A stretch of 52,267 nt of DNA from Paraspadella gotoi (GCA_051294375.1 JBJCIZ010001669.1:1-52267); one strand, 5' to 3'; shown: positions 22,036 through 34,816, counted from the first letter of the stretch. Numbers and translations: made by a program. The notes: a model not told the origin generated them from the letters alone.

Positions 22036-22785
22036 TATATAAATAAAAAATGCCTCAACAAACTCGAAACGAATGGCATTAGTTCAACAAGACGCGAATG
22101 TTAAAATACAAACTTTACAAAATGAGATCATGGTCGGCTAAGTCCACGGAAAAATGACAAAAGCTAAATGACAAAATATTATCACAATATTATCACGAAA
22201 CATTTACGAATGAAAATTCAACAGAATAGGAGTTAAATGAAAATAATCGTTTGTTTACGATTTTAGAATTTCAAAAATATGAAATTTTTTGACAATTATG
22301 ATTTTCACCTTGAACGGATAGGCACCTCTGGTGACGATAAAGTTGATTATTCCTCGACTTTAAATTGGCAATATCACAATACGTATTACACTAACATTTA
22401 GTGACAACACCTAGGTTACATTCATAGGATTTAAAAGATTATGACACAAGGATTAATATGTAATTAATAGTGATTGTGATTTTTCTCGGGGTAACTAAAT
22501 ACTCGAGTACAATCAATATGAGATTTTTAAGGCAATCCGGCTATTAGTTCAATGATTTTTTTTTCTCTCTCTAAGAATAAATGGTCGGTCACGTATTTGT
22601 TTATAATCAAATCTTTTTAGTTCGAAACTTTTTTAGCTGTTATTAAATTTTTTTCCTTTACAGAATTCTCCAGCCTCCACCCTTCCGACTGGTGGACCAG
22701 GAGGACGACGGCAGAGAGTTATTATTTGTAGGTTTCGGAACACATTTAAAATTTTTCAAAACAACATGGCCTCGTCGTCTGCTCA

Positions 22786-22879
22786 TGTGCCAAAACTTGC
22801 CGAGAGATGGCGCTTTTTGTGCCGAAACTTGCCGAGAGATGGCGCTTTTTGTGCTGAAACTTGCTGAGAGATGGCGCTT
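22786..22879 (+). repeat. 3 x 32-bp tandem repeat TGTGCCGAAACTTGCCGAGAGATGGCGCTTTT
   Basis: Units start at 22786, 22818 and 22850, with no spacers. Confidence 0.9.
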
Positions 22880-23063
22880 AAATAGTACGAAACATGGTAG
22901 TGTGTCGAAACTAGTTTTTAAGTTTTTTAACTAGTACCTTTTGTTAACTGTTAGGGATTGTCGCCATTTAGTTATACGTTAACTCGCAAGAGGTATTTAC
23001 TTTCGCTGTTTTAATAAAAAAGTCGGATCGAAAACAAAAGATTTTTTTTTATTTTTGAAAGAA

Positions 23064-24627
23064 CTATACACTAGTATTTTCTTCTTCTTCTTCTTCCTCT
23101 TCAATTTCAACTTCGAGGGCCATCTGAGTAAAAAAATTGACAAGGGGAAAAAAGAAGAAAAAAAGAAAGAGGTTAAAAAACGTGAACCAAAACATATGGT
23201 GCGTGAGAATCGCGCTTTGACTGAAAAAATAGCTATTACCTTTTAGAGAGATTATTTTTTTCTTTAGTTTAATAGAAATAACTTTTTTTAGGATAATTAA
23301 ATTAGAAAAGATAAATAATAATTTAGATAAATTGTTAATTATTTATATGTAATTTATATATTTTTTCTTATTAGTTATTTAGCTAAAAAAACATTTGCAA
23401 ATTACATAGACTCAGCCACTGGTACTTCATACCTTTTTTTGCAATGAGGAAGATATTGGCAAAAGCCCATTCTTTTCTTTGTTTCTCTCATTTTAGTTCA
23501 TTAGCATCATGAGTTTTACCAGTTGCGAAATTTGTTTTCAGACTTTTTCTAATCAAGTTGTTTCTGCAAATCCGTTTTATTTGCCTTGTTTACATCTTAT
23601 TTGTAAAACTTGTAAGGACAAACTTCACTGGTGCCCGTGAGTATTTTTTGAATGAAATTTAATTTTTTTAGAAGAACTTTTTAATTAATTTAATCAAAAA
23701 AAAAGAAAAGGTTGTGTCGTCGCCCTATTAAAGTCGCTTGTCCAAAATGTCGTTATCCTGAATGTCATCCCCCATTGAGAAATGCTGAAACTTTTGCAAA
23801 GTCGGTGGATGCTTATATGTTAAAAAAGAAGCAAGTAAAGACTTTGAAAAAAAAAATTACCAAATTACAGAGGTTGGTTTTTTTTGCAATAAAAAAAAAA
23901 AAACTAACTTTCTTTTTTATTTTTTTAATCAAGAAAAAGTCAATCATGGAAGAATCTTTATCTACTCCTTCGCGTTTCTTTGAAATACCGCCTAAGATCG
24001 CTCGCTCATCTTGGGAAAAGTTTAAATGCAAGGAAAGGATCCGTAATTGGCCCTTTAGGGATTCAAGACATATCCGCACCACCGCCCCATCGCTGTGAGT
24101 ACTAACCTCGTTTCTTGCCGTTAGTTCTATTTGTTCCGGTCTTCTTCTTCTTGGTAGAGTGCCATAGCTTCTCCTTCTTCTTTTGTAATAAAAGACGACG
24201 GCGACGACGACGACGATTCCAGTAACTGACGACCCCGCGATTTTAATTTATTTAAATTGGGAAAAAAATTGTTTTGGTTCCATCTCTAAATATTTTAAAA
24301 CAATGAAAAAATAATACCATTGTTACTAATTTTAATTTTTGCCAATTGCGTTGTCGTTGCGTTGCTCTTTGAATTAGTCGTTGTTGTTGTTGTCGACGCC
24401 GTTGTCCTTGTCGTCGTGGTCGTCGTCATCATCGTCGTCGTCGTCTTTGTTTTTGGAAACCAAAAGTCGTCGTCCCAAACTGATTGACCGCTTGAAATAA
24501 AAAAAAGGTTGATGAAAGTTTTTTTAATATAATGTAATGTAAAAATATTTTTTATTAATACTTACTTGATTTGAATGAAAGTTAAAATTGCGAAAATAAA
24601 AATAATTTTATGAAATGAGGGCAACAT
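23064..24627 (-). CDS. Mucin-like type I membrane protein (signal peptide, Thr-rich stalk, TM, basic/acidic tail); 4 predicted exons
   Basis: Exon 1 (24627-24566, MLPSFHKIIFIFAILTFIQI) has a GTAAGT donor. Exon 2 (24490-24318, NGQSVWDDDFWFPKTKTTTTMMTTTTTTRTTAS...) is phase-matched. Exon 3 (~24243-24107) reads IAGSSVTGIVVVVAVVFYYKRRRRSYGTLPRRRRPEQIELTARNE, but its acceptor AG needs one missing G. Inferred exon 4 (23123-23064) reads MALEVEIEEEEEEEENTSV*. Confidence 0.6.
23509..24105 (+). CDS. RING-HC (C3HC4) finger protein, 153 aa, 3 exons; putative E3 ubiquitin ligase
   Basis: Exons 23509-23636, 23711-23872 and 23934-24105 total 462 nt with GT-AG introns and matching phases. They give MSFTSCEICFQTFSNQVVSANPFYLPCLHLICKTCKDKLHWCPLCRRPIKVACPKCRYPECH...PPPHRCEY*. 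The RING is completed only by splicing. Confidence 0.8.
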
Positions 24628-25205
24628 TTTTTTCTCTTAGGTCGGGTGGGCAAAAAAAGAAATTTTTCCTTGGTTTGTAATCTCCAATTATATATATAAA
24701 AAAATGCATATTTAACAAAAAAATTTTTTTTATGATTTATAGTTTTTATAGAAGAAAAGGAACTCAAAAAAATATCAATATATTATTTTGGCAAGATTCA
24801 GTTATTGAAGATGATTTATATTTCTGGTGGTCTTAGGGTATATCAGGAACTGATAAATAAAGAAAAACATTTAGACTTTCGAAAGGAAATTACAAAAACT
24901 TCACAGTCGCTTGCAATCTAACATTTTGGGAGATGTCGAACAATATAAAAAGGTTAAGAAATATATCGTTAAGGATCCTCGTCGAAAGGCTAAATGTGGT
25001 GGCGCGATTTACATACTTTCTTCAAGGCTTGGTGCCTCAGTTCAACTTGTTTGTTTTAGTGATTCTAGTCCAACTAGAATCGAGTTGATTATTTCTCGTA
25101 TCAGAGACGGTCAAGATTGTTTTTTTTTTTTGAAAAATTGCATCTTATTATTCTTAATGAAGATTTTATTGAGGAATTCCTTTCCTACGTTAATAGTTTG
25201 ATTTG

Positions 25206-25252
<47 letters not shown>

Positions 25253-27255
25253 TGTTTTGTTTTGTTTTGTTTTGAAGTTTAATTGGTTTATATAAATATT
25301 CTTTTTTATATTTTTTAAGGTTTAAGCTTAAAATACAGATATTAAAAAAAATGGCTGACTTTGATTCTGCTGACCAACCTTATGAATTTAAAAGGTAATA
25401 ATATTTTTTTTTTTAAAAAAAAACTAATTCTTTTAGTATATATTAATTTATTTTCTCTCTCTTCTTTATTTTTTTATAACAAAACAATTCAAGTGGGTAC
25501 TTTTTTAAGTAAAATGAGATANNNNNNNNNNNNNNNNNNNNNNNNNNNNNNNNNNNNNNNNNNNNNNNNNNNNNNNNNNNNNNNNNNNNNNNNNNNNNNN
25601 NNNNNNNNNNNNNNNNNNNNNNNNNNNNNNNNNNNNNNNNNNNNNNNNNNNNNNNNNNNNNNNNNNNNNNNNNNNNNNNNNNNNNNNNNNNNNNNNNNNN
25701 NNNNNNNNNNNNNNNNNNNNNNNNNNNNNNNNNNNNNNNNNNNNNNNNNNNNNNNNNACCAAATCTCTACTGGATTGATGCCTCAAGAAATCTATAGTGA
25801 AGTTCCTCTGTTGACTGAAAATAAATTGGGGTTTATTTTTTCCTTGGTCGAATATTTGTTAACCCTCGNNNNNNNNNNNNNNNNNNNNNNNNNTTGTTGT
25901 TGTCGACGCCGTTGTCCTTGTCGTCGTGGTCGTCGTCATCATCGTCGTCGTCGTCTTTGTTTTTGGAAACCAAAAGTCGTCGTCCCAAACTGATTGACCG
26001 CTTGAAATAAAAAAAAAGGTTGATGAAAGTTTTTTTATTATAATGTAATGTTAAAATATCTTATTTTATTAATACTTACTTGATTTGAATGAAAGTTAAA
26101 ATTGCGAAAATAAAAAATAATTGTTTGAAATGAGGGCAACATTTTTTTTCTCTAGGTCGGGTGGCAAAAAAGAAATTTTTTCTTGGTTTGTAATCTCCAA
26201 TTATATATATAAAAAATGCATATTTAACAAAAAAATTTTTTTATGATTTATAGTTTTTATAGAAGAAAAGGAACTCAAAAAAATATCAATATATTATTTT
26301 GGCAAGATTCCAGTTATTGAAGATGATTTATATTTTTCTGGTGGGTCTTAGGGTATATGAGGAACTTGATAAATTAAAGAAAAACATTTTAGACTTTTCT
26401 GAAAGGGAAATTACAAAACTCAAGTCGTTTGAATCTAACATTTTGGGAGATGTCGAACATATAAAAAGGTTAAAGAGATATATCGTTAAGGATCCTCGTC
26501 CGAAAGGCTAAATGTGGTGGCGCGATTTACATACTTCTTCAAGGCTGGTGCCTCAGTTCAACTTGTTTTGTTTTAGTGATTCTAGTCCAACTAGAAATCG
26601 AGTTGATATTTCTCGTATCAGAGACCGGTCAAGATTGTTTTTTTTTTTTGAAAAATTCATCTTATTATTCTTAATGAGATTTTATTGAGGAATTCCTTCC
26701 TACGTTACATAGTTTGATTTCGATCATCTCTCCTCTCTCTTCCTCTCTCTCTCTTTTCCTTCTTCTCTTCTCTCTTGTTTTGTTTTGTTTTGTTTGAAGT
26801 TTAATGGGTTTATATAAATATTCTTTTTATATTTTTTTAAGGTTTAGAGCTTAAAATACAGTATATTAAAAAATGGCTGACTTTGATTCTGCTGAAAACC
26901 AACCTTATGAATTTAAAAGGTAATAATATTTTTTTTTTTAAAAAAAACTTATTCTTTAGTATATATTGATTTATTTTCTCTCTCTCTTTATTTTTTTAAC
27001 AAAACAATTCAATGGGTACTCTTTTTAAGTAAAATGAGATATCATTATAGAAGAGTGAGACTATACACTAAAACTTTATACGCTATATATGTGGAAATGG
27101 ATACTGCGATTGAAAAAATTGGAGAAAATATTCTCACTCACGCTGACCAAATCTCTACTGGATGATGCCTCAAGAAATCTATAGTGAAGTTCCTCTGTGA
27201 CTGAAAATAAATTGGGGTTTTATTTTTTCCTTGGTCGAATATTTGTTAACCCTCG
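24378..27255 (+). repeat. ~1.4-kb direct duplication across N gaps
   Basis: About 24378-25868 is repeated at about 25894-27255, with only homopolymer-type differences. The junction is an N run. Confidence 0.85.
24750..25201 (+). CDS. Orphan coding segment (~150 aa, frameshifted by sequence noise; duplicated at ~26260-26717)
   Basis: The consensus of the two copies reads EEKELKKYQYIIFGKIPVIEDDLYFSGGLRVYEELDKLKKNILDFSEREITKLKSFESNILGDVEQYKKVKKYIVKDPRRKAKCGGAIYILSSRLGASVQLVCFSDSSPTRIELIISRIRD. I recognise no family. Confidence 0.45.
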
Positions 27256-28617
27256 AAAGTTGAGGCGGCTGATTATCCAAAAACCCGGTTGAAGCTATCT
27301 GGAAGAATATCCTGATGAAGATGAGTCTTTTTACGATCCAATAACTGAATTTTTAACAGATTATGGTTTCTGTATTTTTACTTGTGGAAAAATTTTAACG
27401 TGTATAGAAATACTATTGATAGTGAAAGGGGTGAATTTGTCCAGGGTTGTATATCTGCGGAAAGGCTTCGTTCAGCAACTTGTTCAGCAAACTCTTCAGC
27501 TATTTATAATGTTTTTATTAAAATGGAGGGAATTGCTCGTTATGTCATGAGCGATTCTTCTCTTAATTAGAGTATTCTAATGTCCCCTTATGAAAACGCA
27601 GACCCAGGAGCACATCGTTCCTTACCAGGGCTCGATCTTTCTACTAACTAAGTCGATTTGCTTTATTGGGCGGAGTATTATGTTCTGTGAGCATTGGATT
27701 AATTAATTAAATTAATGTAATTTTTTTGGTTATTAGATATTACTTAAAAAAAAAGAAAACCTTGAAGTTAATAGGAGGAAATTAAGAATATAAATCCTTT
27801 TTTTTTAGGTAATTTATAAATAAGCATTTTTTAAAATTATTTACAATATAAAAAAATATTTAATGCTTTTTTTAGAAACATGTGGATCTTACCTCTATGA
27901 TGTCGATCTTGAGACGGGCCGCTATCAAAATTCAATTTTTAGCAAAAGTAGGAAATAATATCGTTTTTGATATGGACGACTCTTTGAGACATTACTTTCA
28001 ATACTATCATCGCACTTCATCGTTTTGGAACATGGATATCTTTCCGTTGTTTTAATAAAGAAAATCGGAATGGTTTGTTCCTCAGGACCTTTATCAGTTT
28101 AAATATTTGACTGATTCCCTTGATTCTTTTTACTTAATTTTAAAGACTATCACTTGGGTAATCTTCAAACGAAACGGAAAATAATGAAATGTTGAATTGA
28201 TCTTTCTCATGGTTCGCAGATTAAGATTACGTAGCTCAGCAAACTACTCTAATCTTTTCTTATAAACAAATTATTCTTACTTTTTTTCAGTATTTATAAT
28301 AGGGGCGTTCCTGACAATCAGATTTATGATTTACTTAATCCTAAGTTTTATCCTGCTGCATTGGATCGATACGATTTTTTGAAAGAAACCTTAAATTTTC
28401 TTTTTTCCATTTCTTACCTTCCGGTTGATAAATTTGAGTTTATATTTTTTGATCCTCACTTATTGTTTCTAATACCTATCCAAACGTTTTTCATATTTCT
28501 GTCGTTTCTAACAATTTAAGACTGAAACATTGTTTAAAATTATTTTTTTTAGATGAGTCGCTTTAAAAAAATACTATATTTTACTAACTTCGATCGCAGC
28601 TATTTTTGAAAGAAAGC
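26873..28617 (+). CDS. Multi-exon orphan gene (several hundred aa, frameshifted by noise), abutting the large-repeat insertion
   Basis: Starts MADFDSADQPYEFK, followed by a GTAATA donor. Later coding-like blocks are VGTFLSKMRYHYRRVRLYTKTLYAIYVEMDTAIEKIGEN..., YLEEYPDEDESFYDPITEFLTDYGF..., KHVDLTSMMSILRRAAIKIQF... and RGVPDNQIYDLLNPKFYPAALDRYDFLKE..., separated by AT-rich GT-AG intervals. Confidence 0.5.
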
Positions 28618-31600
28618 TGGAAGATGGGTATCTAGCTAAAGTAGGTACTAACTAGTCTCTCATCAGTAAAAGATGTAAGTAAAGATATGGAGTCTAATAA
28701 GTCTTAAAGTATAGTAAAGACGGTTATGTGTACAAAATAAGAAGGAGAGGGAGGGAGGTTTCTGGTGCCCGACTTGTGAGTTGAGCTGAGAGTGAATCCT
28801 TGGTCCCGGCCGAGGGTTGCCGGAGGGATGAGGAGGAGGGGGATGAGGGAGGAGGGGACGACGGGGATGGGGAAGAGCTGTGGCGGTAAACGCCCTCTAT
28901 CTTGCGCCCCTCTTCTTAACCGAGACGTCCACATGGGCCCAACAATGGCGTAGGTGGGCGTCGTCATCTGCTGGCTTGGTGAAATTGCGTCAGAGAGAGA
29001 GATTTCTGGGGGCGCTGATGTCTCATTCGAGATTCGGGAGTCCAGAAGAGTTCGGTGGGGGGATCGCTGGTTCTGTGAAGTTTAGTAGCGGAAAAGGCAG
29101 TTCTAAAAAGGGACAGTAGAAGTTTCGGGAGTTTGGAAGAGTTCGGAGAGGGGAATCATCTTTGGAGGAATATTCGATGTCGACCACGCAGTTGGTTGGC
29201 GCCGGGTCAGGTCGCTGCACAGTTAGTCAGGGGCGGAGGAGAGGGGTAGTGGGGATTACAATTCAAAACTGAAGATACTATACTATTACATTGATCTACA
29301 ATATATAGAAACTGCGCTTCACAGTACAATTGAATGGGAACGAGGGAATTAAAATTGTGAAACTTTTTTTTCTCACATATGAAATATATTTTTTTTTTCG
29401 TATTTTACCTTTTTTTGGTTTGNNNNNNNNNNNNNNNNNNNNNNNNNCTGGAACACGGGTTCTTATATGTTTTGTTTTATTTATCTCTTTATATTAATTT
29501 TTCTTTATGTATCTCTCTTATCTCTCTTTTCGATTTTTGTGTGACTATATTATTTCCTTTTTTTTACGTTATTAGATGCATTGGACTCGCTCCAGCAACC
29601 GAGCAGGCAACACAATAAAATGGATTAAAAATTAAAGCGTCATTAATAGGCAAGATTTCATTAAGCATATGACTAAATCGAGAGAGAGGCCGGTCACATT
29701 AATTAATAGAGAACTTACAACGTGTTCTCAAATTTCTATTATTACATCCATGGTAAACTTACAAAGGCGGGAATATGAAATACGAGCATTCAAGGGAATA
29801 AAATTTTAATTAAGGTTAAGTTCATGAGATGGTAGGCAAGTTTAACCGAGTTAAAACCAGAAATTTGCTACGTTTTTAAGATAGGCTTAAGCAAAAAGTG
29901 AGTGTTAATTTATGATGCAGTCTTGGTTTTGCTGAAAAGAGTCACCATTACAGGAAAAAAGTAGAGAAGATGCTAGAGAGTTCACATAGCTTTACAGTCA
30001 ATGAGAAGGGATGTGAATGAGAGCGACCAGAAAGGCTTAAGATGACAATAGAGAGAGAGCGGCAAGTATGTTCAAAGAGTGCTGGATAGCGAGAACGTGA
30101 ATATAGAGAATGTTAAAGACAAGCAGGGTGGCCGATACGCGTGGCGAAAAGCTGCCAAGTTGATGGGAGGAAATTAGAGTCGAGAGTGGAATCTGGGTTT
30201 CGGGAAGAAAGAGGAGGGATGGCGGAATGAGAGGTTGCCAGAGAAGGTTGTTAGGGATGGAGGGAAGAGCGCAAGGGTAGTTGCCTTCAGAAAGCAGAGA
30301 TAGTGCGATCAGGGAGCAGGAGCAGGGCGCATTAGAGGGACGGAGAGCAGAGAAAAAGTTCGGGCGTCGCAGTTGGTAGGGAGGAGGAGGAAGGGAGGCG
30401 AGGAAGAGCGAAGGAAAGAGGAGCAGCGGCGCCGTTCGGAAGAGACGAGCGCCAGGTGAAGGAACGTGCTGAAGGGAGGAGTGGGGAAGTTAGGTTGCAC
30501 ATGGAGAAGGGGGACTGGGGAAGGGAGAGGAGAAGGCGAGCGTAGGAGGTCGAAGGTGACGGGAAATGGGCGGTCTTATACATTAGCGATCATGGCGGGG
30601 TTGATCTTCTGCGACTTGGTCCATAGATTAGGCAGCACTCGAGACAGTTGAGCGTCTTCCACTGAGATGGCACGCAAGCAGAGGCCGACCGCTCGAGCCG
30701 GTTGCGCCGAATGAATTCTGCAAGAGCTCACGAATACTCTGCGTTGGGAAACGCCGAGGAGGAGGAGGGATACAGCGACCAAAGTCCTACAGTAGACTGG
30801 GGGTAGGGAGCCACGAGGAAGAGGAGGCAGGAAGGGAGGAAGGAAGGAGAAGGAGGTAATGCGCGAAAGAGGAGCACTATAAGAAACCTAACTTAGAGCA
30901 TGAGAATGGCGAAGAGGAGAGAGTCAGCATTGATTAAGAGAGGTCGAGAGCTGATGGATGGTGAAAAAAGCGTATTTTTTTTTTACTTTGTATCTTGCGA
31001 CTCTGCAGAGGAGAAGAGAGAGGCTAGTAACTTAGTGCGAGGAGGTAAATTGTACGTTTGGAGGGTTGATGCTTTAAAATTGTTTGTTTGTAGTTATGGG
31101 CAATAAGGCGTTATAAGTTTAGTGTTTAAACTTAATAGTTTTAATAATATTCACTTATTTTGGCTTTTAAGTAAACATTACAACTACATTGCTAATCTGA
31201 TTTAAATTATAATTATTATGATTTAGATATATAAACGGATCGCACTTAGGGGAGTCTCATGAGTGCAGTCATGTTTGTGAAGCGCGAAGCGAGATTTTCT
31301 ATATCTCCTTGAATTTCAATAGAATTACATGACGAGTCTGGATTCTCTCCGGTTTCTCTTCTCTTCATCTCTTTTCATTAAGTCCTCTTCCTTCATCTTT
31401 CCACCTTAGCAGCTTCTCTTCTTGTTCATCATCATCGATATCACCTTTGAAACAATATTTTTATGTCCTGTAAAAGGAAGCCATGAGAAACGAGGCAAGA
31501 TTAGTATCTGATACCAGATAGAGAATCGAAAAAGAAAAAAGAGAGTAGCATGACAGATTCTTTCCAACTCCCCAAAATATGCTCTCGTAGAACGTATAAG

Positions 31601-32807
31601 CGTACTAATCGTTTAAGAGTGCATACAAAACTATTATTTGAGGACAGGCGCTGCATAAGCGAATAGTGTTCCTCGAGTGAGAAGAAGACAGAGTAACCCA
31701 AGAAATACGACATCATAAAAGAGTGTGTGACAAAGAAGGAAAAGTACAGATCAATCAAGAAGTGAAATATATTACAAAAACAAAAAAAGCACAGTGATGA
31801 AAGTAAGTAAATAAAAGTAATAATATAGTGAATAGATGAGAACCAGAATGATCACTAAAGAGACATGCGAAAAAGCATACTTCGACAACACTCTTTTTCA
31901 ATATCAATTTACATATGTTCGTATAATTTTTGTGGGAGGCATACGAGACCATGACTGGAATAATGTAAGAACTTACAGCTTCACGTTATCTAAATGGCCC
32001 TAAACAATAAGGAAAAAATAGTTTTTTTAGAACATTATTGAACGATTCAAAAAAATAACAATCTTAAGTGACACAAGAATACAATTCCTCTCCTTTCATC
32101 ATATTTACAATTCAAATCTTCAACCATTTTTCCCCAACTCTCATACATCATCTCATAATCTCATCCTTTTTGGAAAGCGTGAGGAAAAGAAGGTGAAACA
32201 CATGAAAGTAACTTGAAGAGATACATGAAAAAGGCAAAAGTGGCGTTTATATTAAAAAAAAGGGGGGGTTAGGAGGTTTTGGGTTATTTTCCTAATGAGC
32301 AACTACTGTAAAGGTAAGCTGTAAAGCTCACAAGTAGATTGGCGATCCATAGAACCTGGTTCCTGAAAAAAAATTGTTAGAGAGAAACTGAGAAACAAAG
32401 GAAGCGGGAAATGAGTAAATTTTATGATTGTGATGATGTTCTGCCTGTGAAGGAATGAATTCTGAGTCGGTTTTTTTCGGTACCTGGTTTCCTGCAGTGA
32501 AGAAAAAATGAAAGCAGGGAAGGAAAAGCAAAGGAAAGAAGAAGGGAAGGAGTAAAAAAGGAGAGAAATAGGGGATGATAAAAAATTTGCCTTTTGTCAC
32601 GTGAACCACCTGAGAAAAAAAAAGCCTGTTTTAGGCTGTAGCACATGCTTGGGGTTTGTGGGATTGGGAGGGATTGAGAATGGGATTGGGAGGGATTGGT
32701 GGAATTGGGAGGTGAAGAAAATTTAAGATAGAAAGAACAATAAAAAAATAAGAATGAAATTTTCGATCCTGTTCTTAGGATCTTGGGGGGGGGTTTGTTG
32801 TCTATAA
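28618..32807 (-). mobile_element. Large repeat copy 3 (reverse orientation; middle is very noisy)
   Basis: Begins TGGAAGATGGGTATCTAGC, the reverse complement of the conserved end. It is clean at 28618-29422 and 32170-32807 and only traceable in between. Confidence 0.75.
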
Positions 32808-32811
32808 TTGA

Positions 32812-34816
32812 ATGCTCGGATCTGCCCTACGGACCCCACCCTTAATCCTGACCCTTTAATCCAATGTGCGCTGTTTCCGGCCATGGCCCCTTGGTACGGT
32901 ACCAACCAGAACCATCGCGCCGCGCGCCCAGGCAGCTGCCAAACCATTTCTCCCGCCCTTCTCTTCTTTTATCCCAGCTTTCCGGTGTGTTGTCGCCGCT
33001 GCCAAAGGGTGCTTTGTTTCGCAACCCCAAACGGTGCTTTGTTTCGCCAATTCAATTATAGACAACAAACCCCCCCTCAGGCCGCGCGATGCGTAAGGAG
33101 AGCGTATCAGAAAATTTCATTTCTTATTTTTTATTGTTCTTTCTATCTTAAATTTCTCACCTCCCCAATTCCACCAATCCTCTCCATCCCATTCTCAATC
33201 CCTCCAATCCCACCAACCCAGCACTGCGCTACAGCCTAAAACAGGGCTTCTTTTTTTTCTCAGGTCGGTGTCCACGTGACAAAAGGCTTAAATTCTTTAT
33301 CATTCCCTATTTCTCTTCCTTTTTACTCCTTCCCTTTTTTCTTTCCTTTCTTTTCCTTCCTGCCTTTCATTTTTCTTCACTGCAGGAAACCAGGTACCGA
33401 AAAAAACCGACTCAGGATTCATTCCTTCCACAGCGCAGAACATCATCCAATCACTAAAAGTTGACCTTTCAGACTACATTACTCTTCACTTTCCCGCTTC
33501 CTTCTGTCTCAGTTTCTCTCTAACAATTTTTTTCTCCTAGAACCAGGTTTCTATGGATCGCCAATCGTACTACTGCTGTGAGCTTTACAGCTACCTTTAC
33601 GCAGTTGCTCATTAGGGAAAATATCCAAAACCTCCTAAACCCCCCCTTTTTTTTAATATTAATGACGCCACTTTTGCCTTTTTCATGTATCTCCTTAGGT
33701 ACCTTTTCATGATGTCTTCACCTTCTTTCTAACGCTTTCCGTAAAGTCTCCTCCCCTCTCCTCGCATGAACATCAGCTTTATACAAGTTATTTATAACGA
33801 GGACAATAAATAAAATTATTTAAACGTAATAGAGATGAATAAAACACACGAAATCGACGTATCGTCTCGTTGCCCTGTTTGTCGAATGGGATGGAAGNNN
33901 NNNNNNNNNNNNNNNNNNNNNNCCGAGCCGCTTAGCTTCATTCCGGCGTTTCCAGAGGGCGGCAAATGTATTTTCAGCAAATGGGTCATCACGGGGATAC
34001 ACTGCACCACGGTGGGACTTTAAGGGCTGTAAGGGGCTGTAAGGGGCTTTGAATACGGCGCAGGCGCGGGTCAGGTGGTTCTTCCTATTGGAAAGAAATG
34101 AGAGATAAAATATGGTAGAAAAAAAAAAGAGAGGACAAAAGACAGGATAAGAATGAGAAAAGAGATAAGAGATAATTTTTTCTATTAGATAGTTTAACTA
34201 GGTACTTTTTTTTCTTCATCAGGAAAGCTGCAATATAAATTTTTTTTTTTATTCTGGTGTAACACAGGCAATCAGGAAATTTCCTTGAATTTTTAACCTT
34301 TAGGAATGGACTCAAATTTATTATTGTTATTGTCGGCAGAACTAATATAATAGTAGTTATTGATATACTAATACAATCCGCAACCTGTGTGTGAAGCATT
34401 ACGTTAGCTAAAAAAGTTAATTTTTTTTAAAAAATTTCATCTAGAGAGAGAGAGAGAGAGAGAGAGAAACAAACTGAGAATAGGAGAGGCCGAAGGATCG
34501 AGGACGCCGTTTATGGGAGGGAAGGAGAGAGAGAGAGAGAGGAATGAAAATGAGGGGAGGACGAATTAAAAAGTAAATTTTAAGCATCTTTGGCAAAGTA
34601 ATATTTAATTGAAACATAAATGATTCAAAAGGGAAGAATAGGTTATAAAACCAAGTAAAGAAGAGTAAAAAGAGAATGGGTCTAGAAACAAGTTTAATAG
34701 AAGCTTAAAAAAAACCATTCAGTTAAGGAAAGTTAAAAAAATAATTTTACAGAGAGAGAGGGAGGGAGAGAGAGAGAGAGAGAGAGAAACAGACTCGAGA
34801 GGGAGGATGAGGAAAA
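32812..34816. repeat. Shuffled fragments of the large repeat (+ 32812-33835; - 33923-34816)
   Basis: Both pieces break at the same CTCGG of the GC-rich module, in opposite orientations and next to N gaps, consistent with an inversion chimera or collapsed assembly. Confidence 0.75.

Noticed and set aside
22786-22879. CRISPR array
   Set aside because: The units are contiguous with no unique spacers, the context is eukaryotic and there are no cas genes.
24370-24450. Poly-Asp/Asn or poly-Arg/Cys protein from the GAC/GTC repeats
   Set aside because: Only the Thr-rich - strand frame is open across the exon and phase-compatible with the signal-peptide exon.
24378-27255. Genuine tandem gene duplication
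   Set aside because: The junction is an N gap and the copies differ only by read-error-like indels, so these are most likely overlapping contig ends.
29900-32160. Novel purine-rich coding region
   Set aside because: Landmarks (GAGATGGTAGGCAAGTTTAA, AAAAGTTCGGGCGTCGCAGTT) show it is a heavily corrupted reverse copy of the large repeat.
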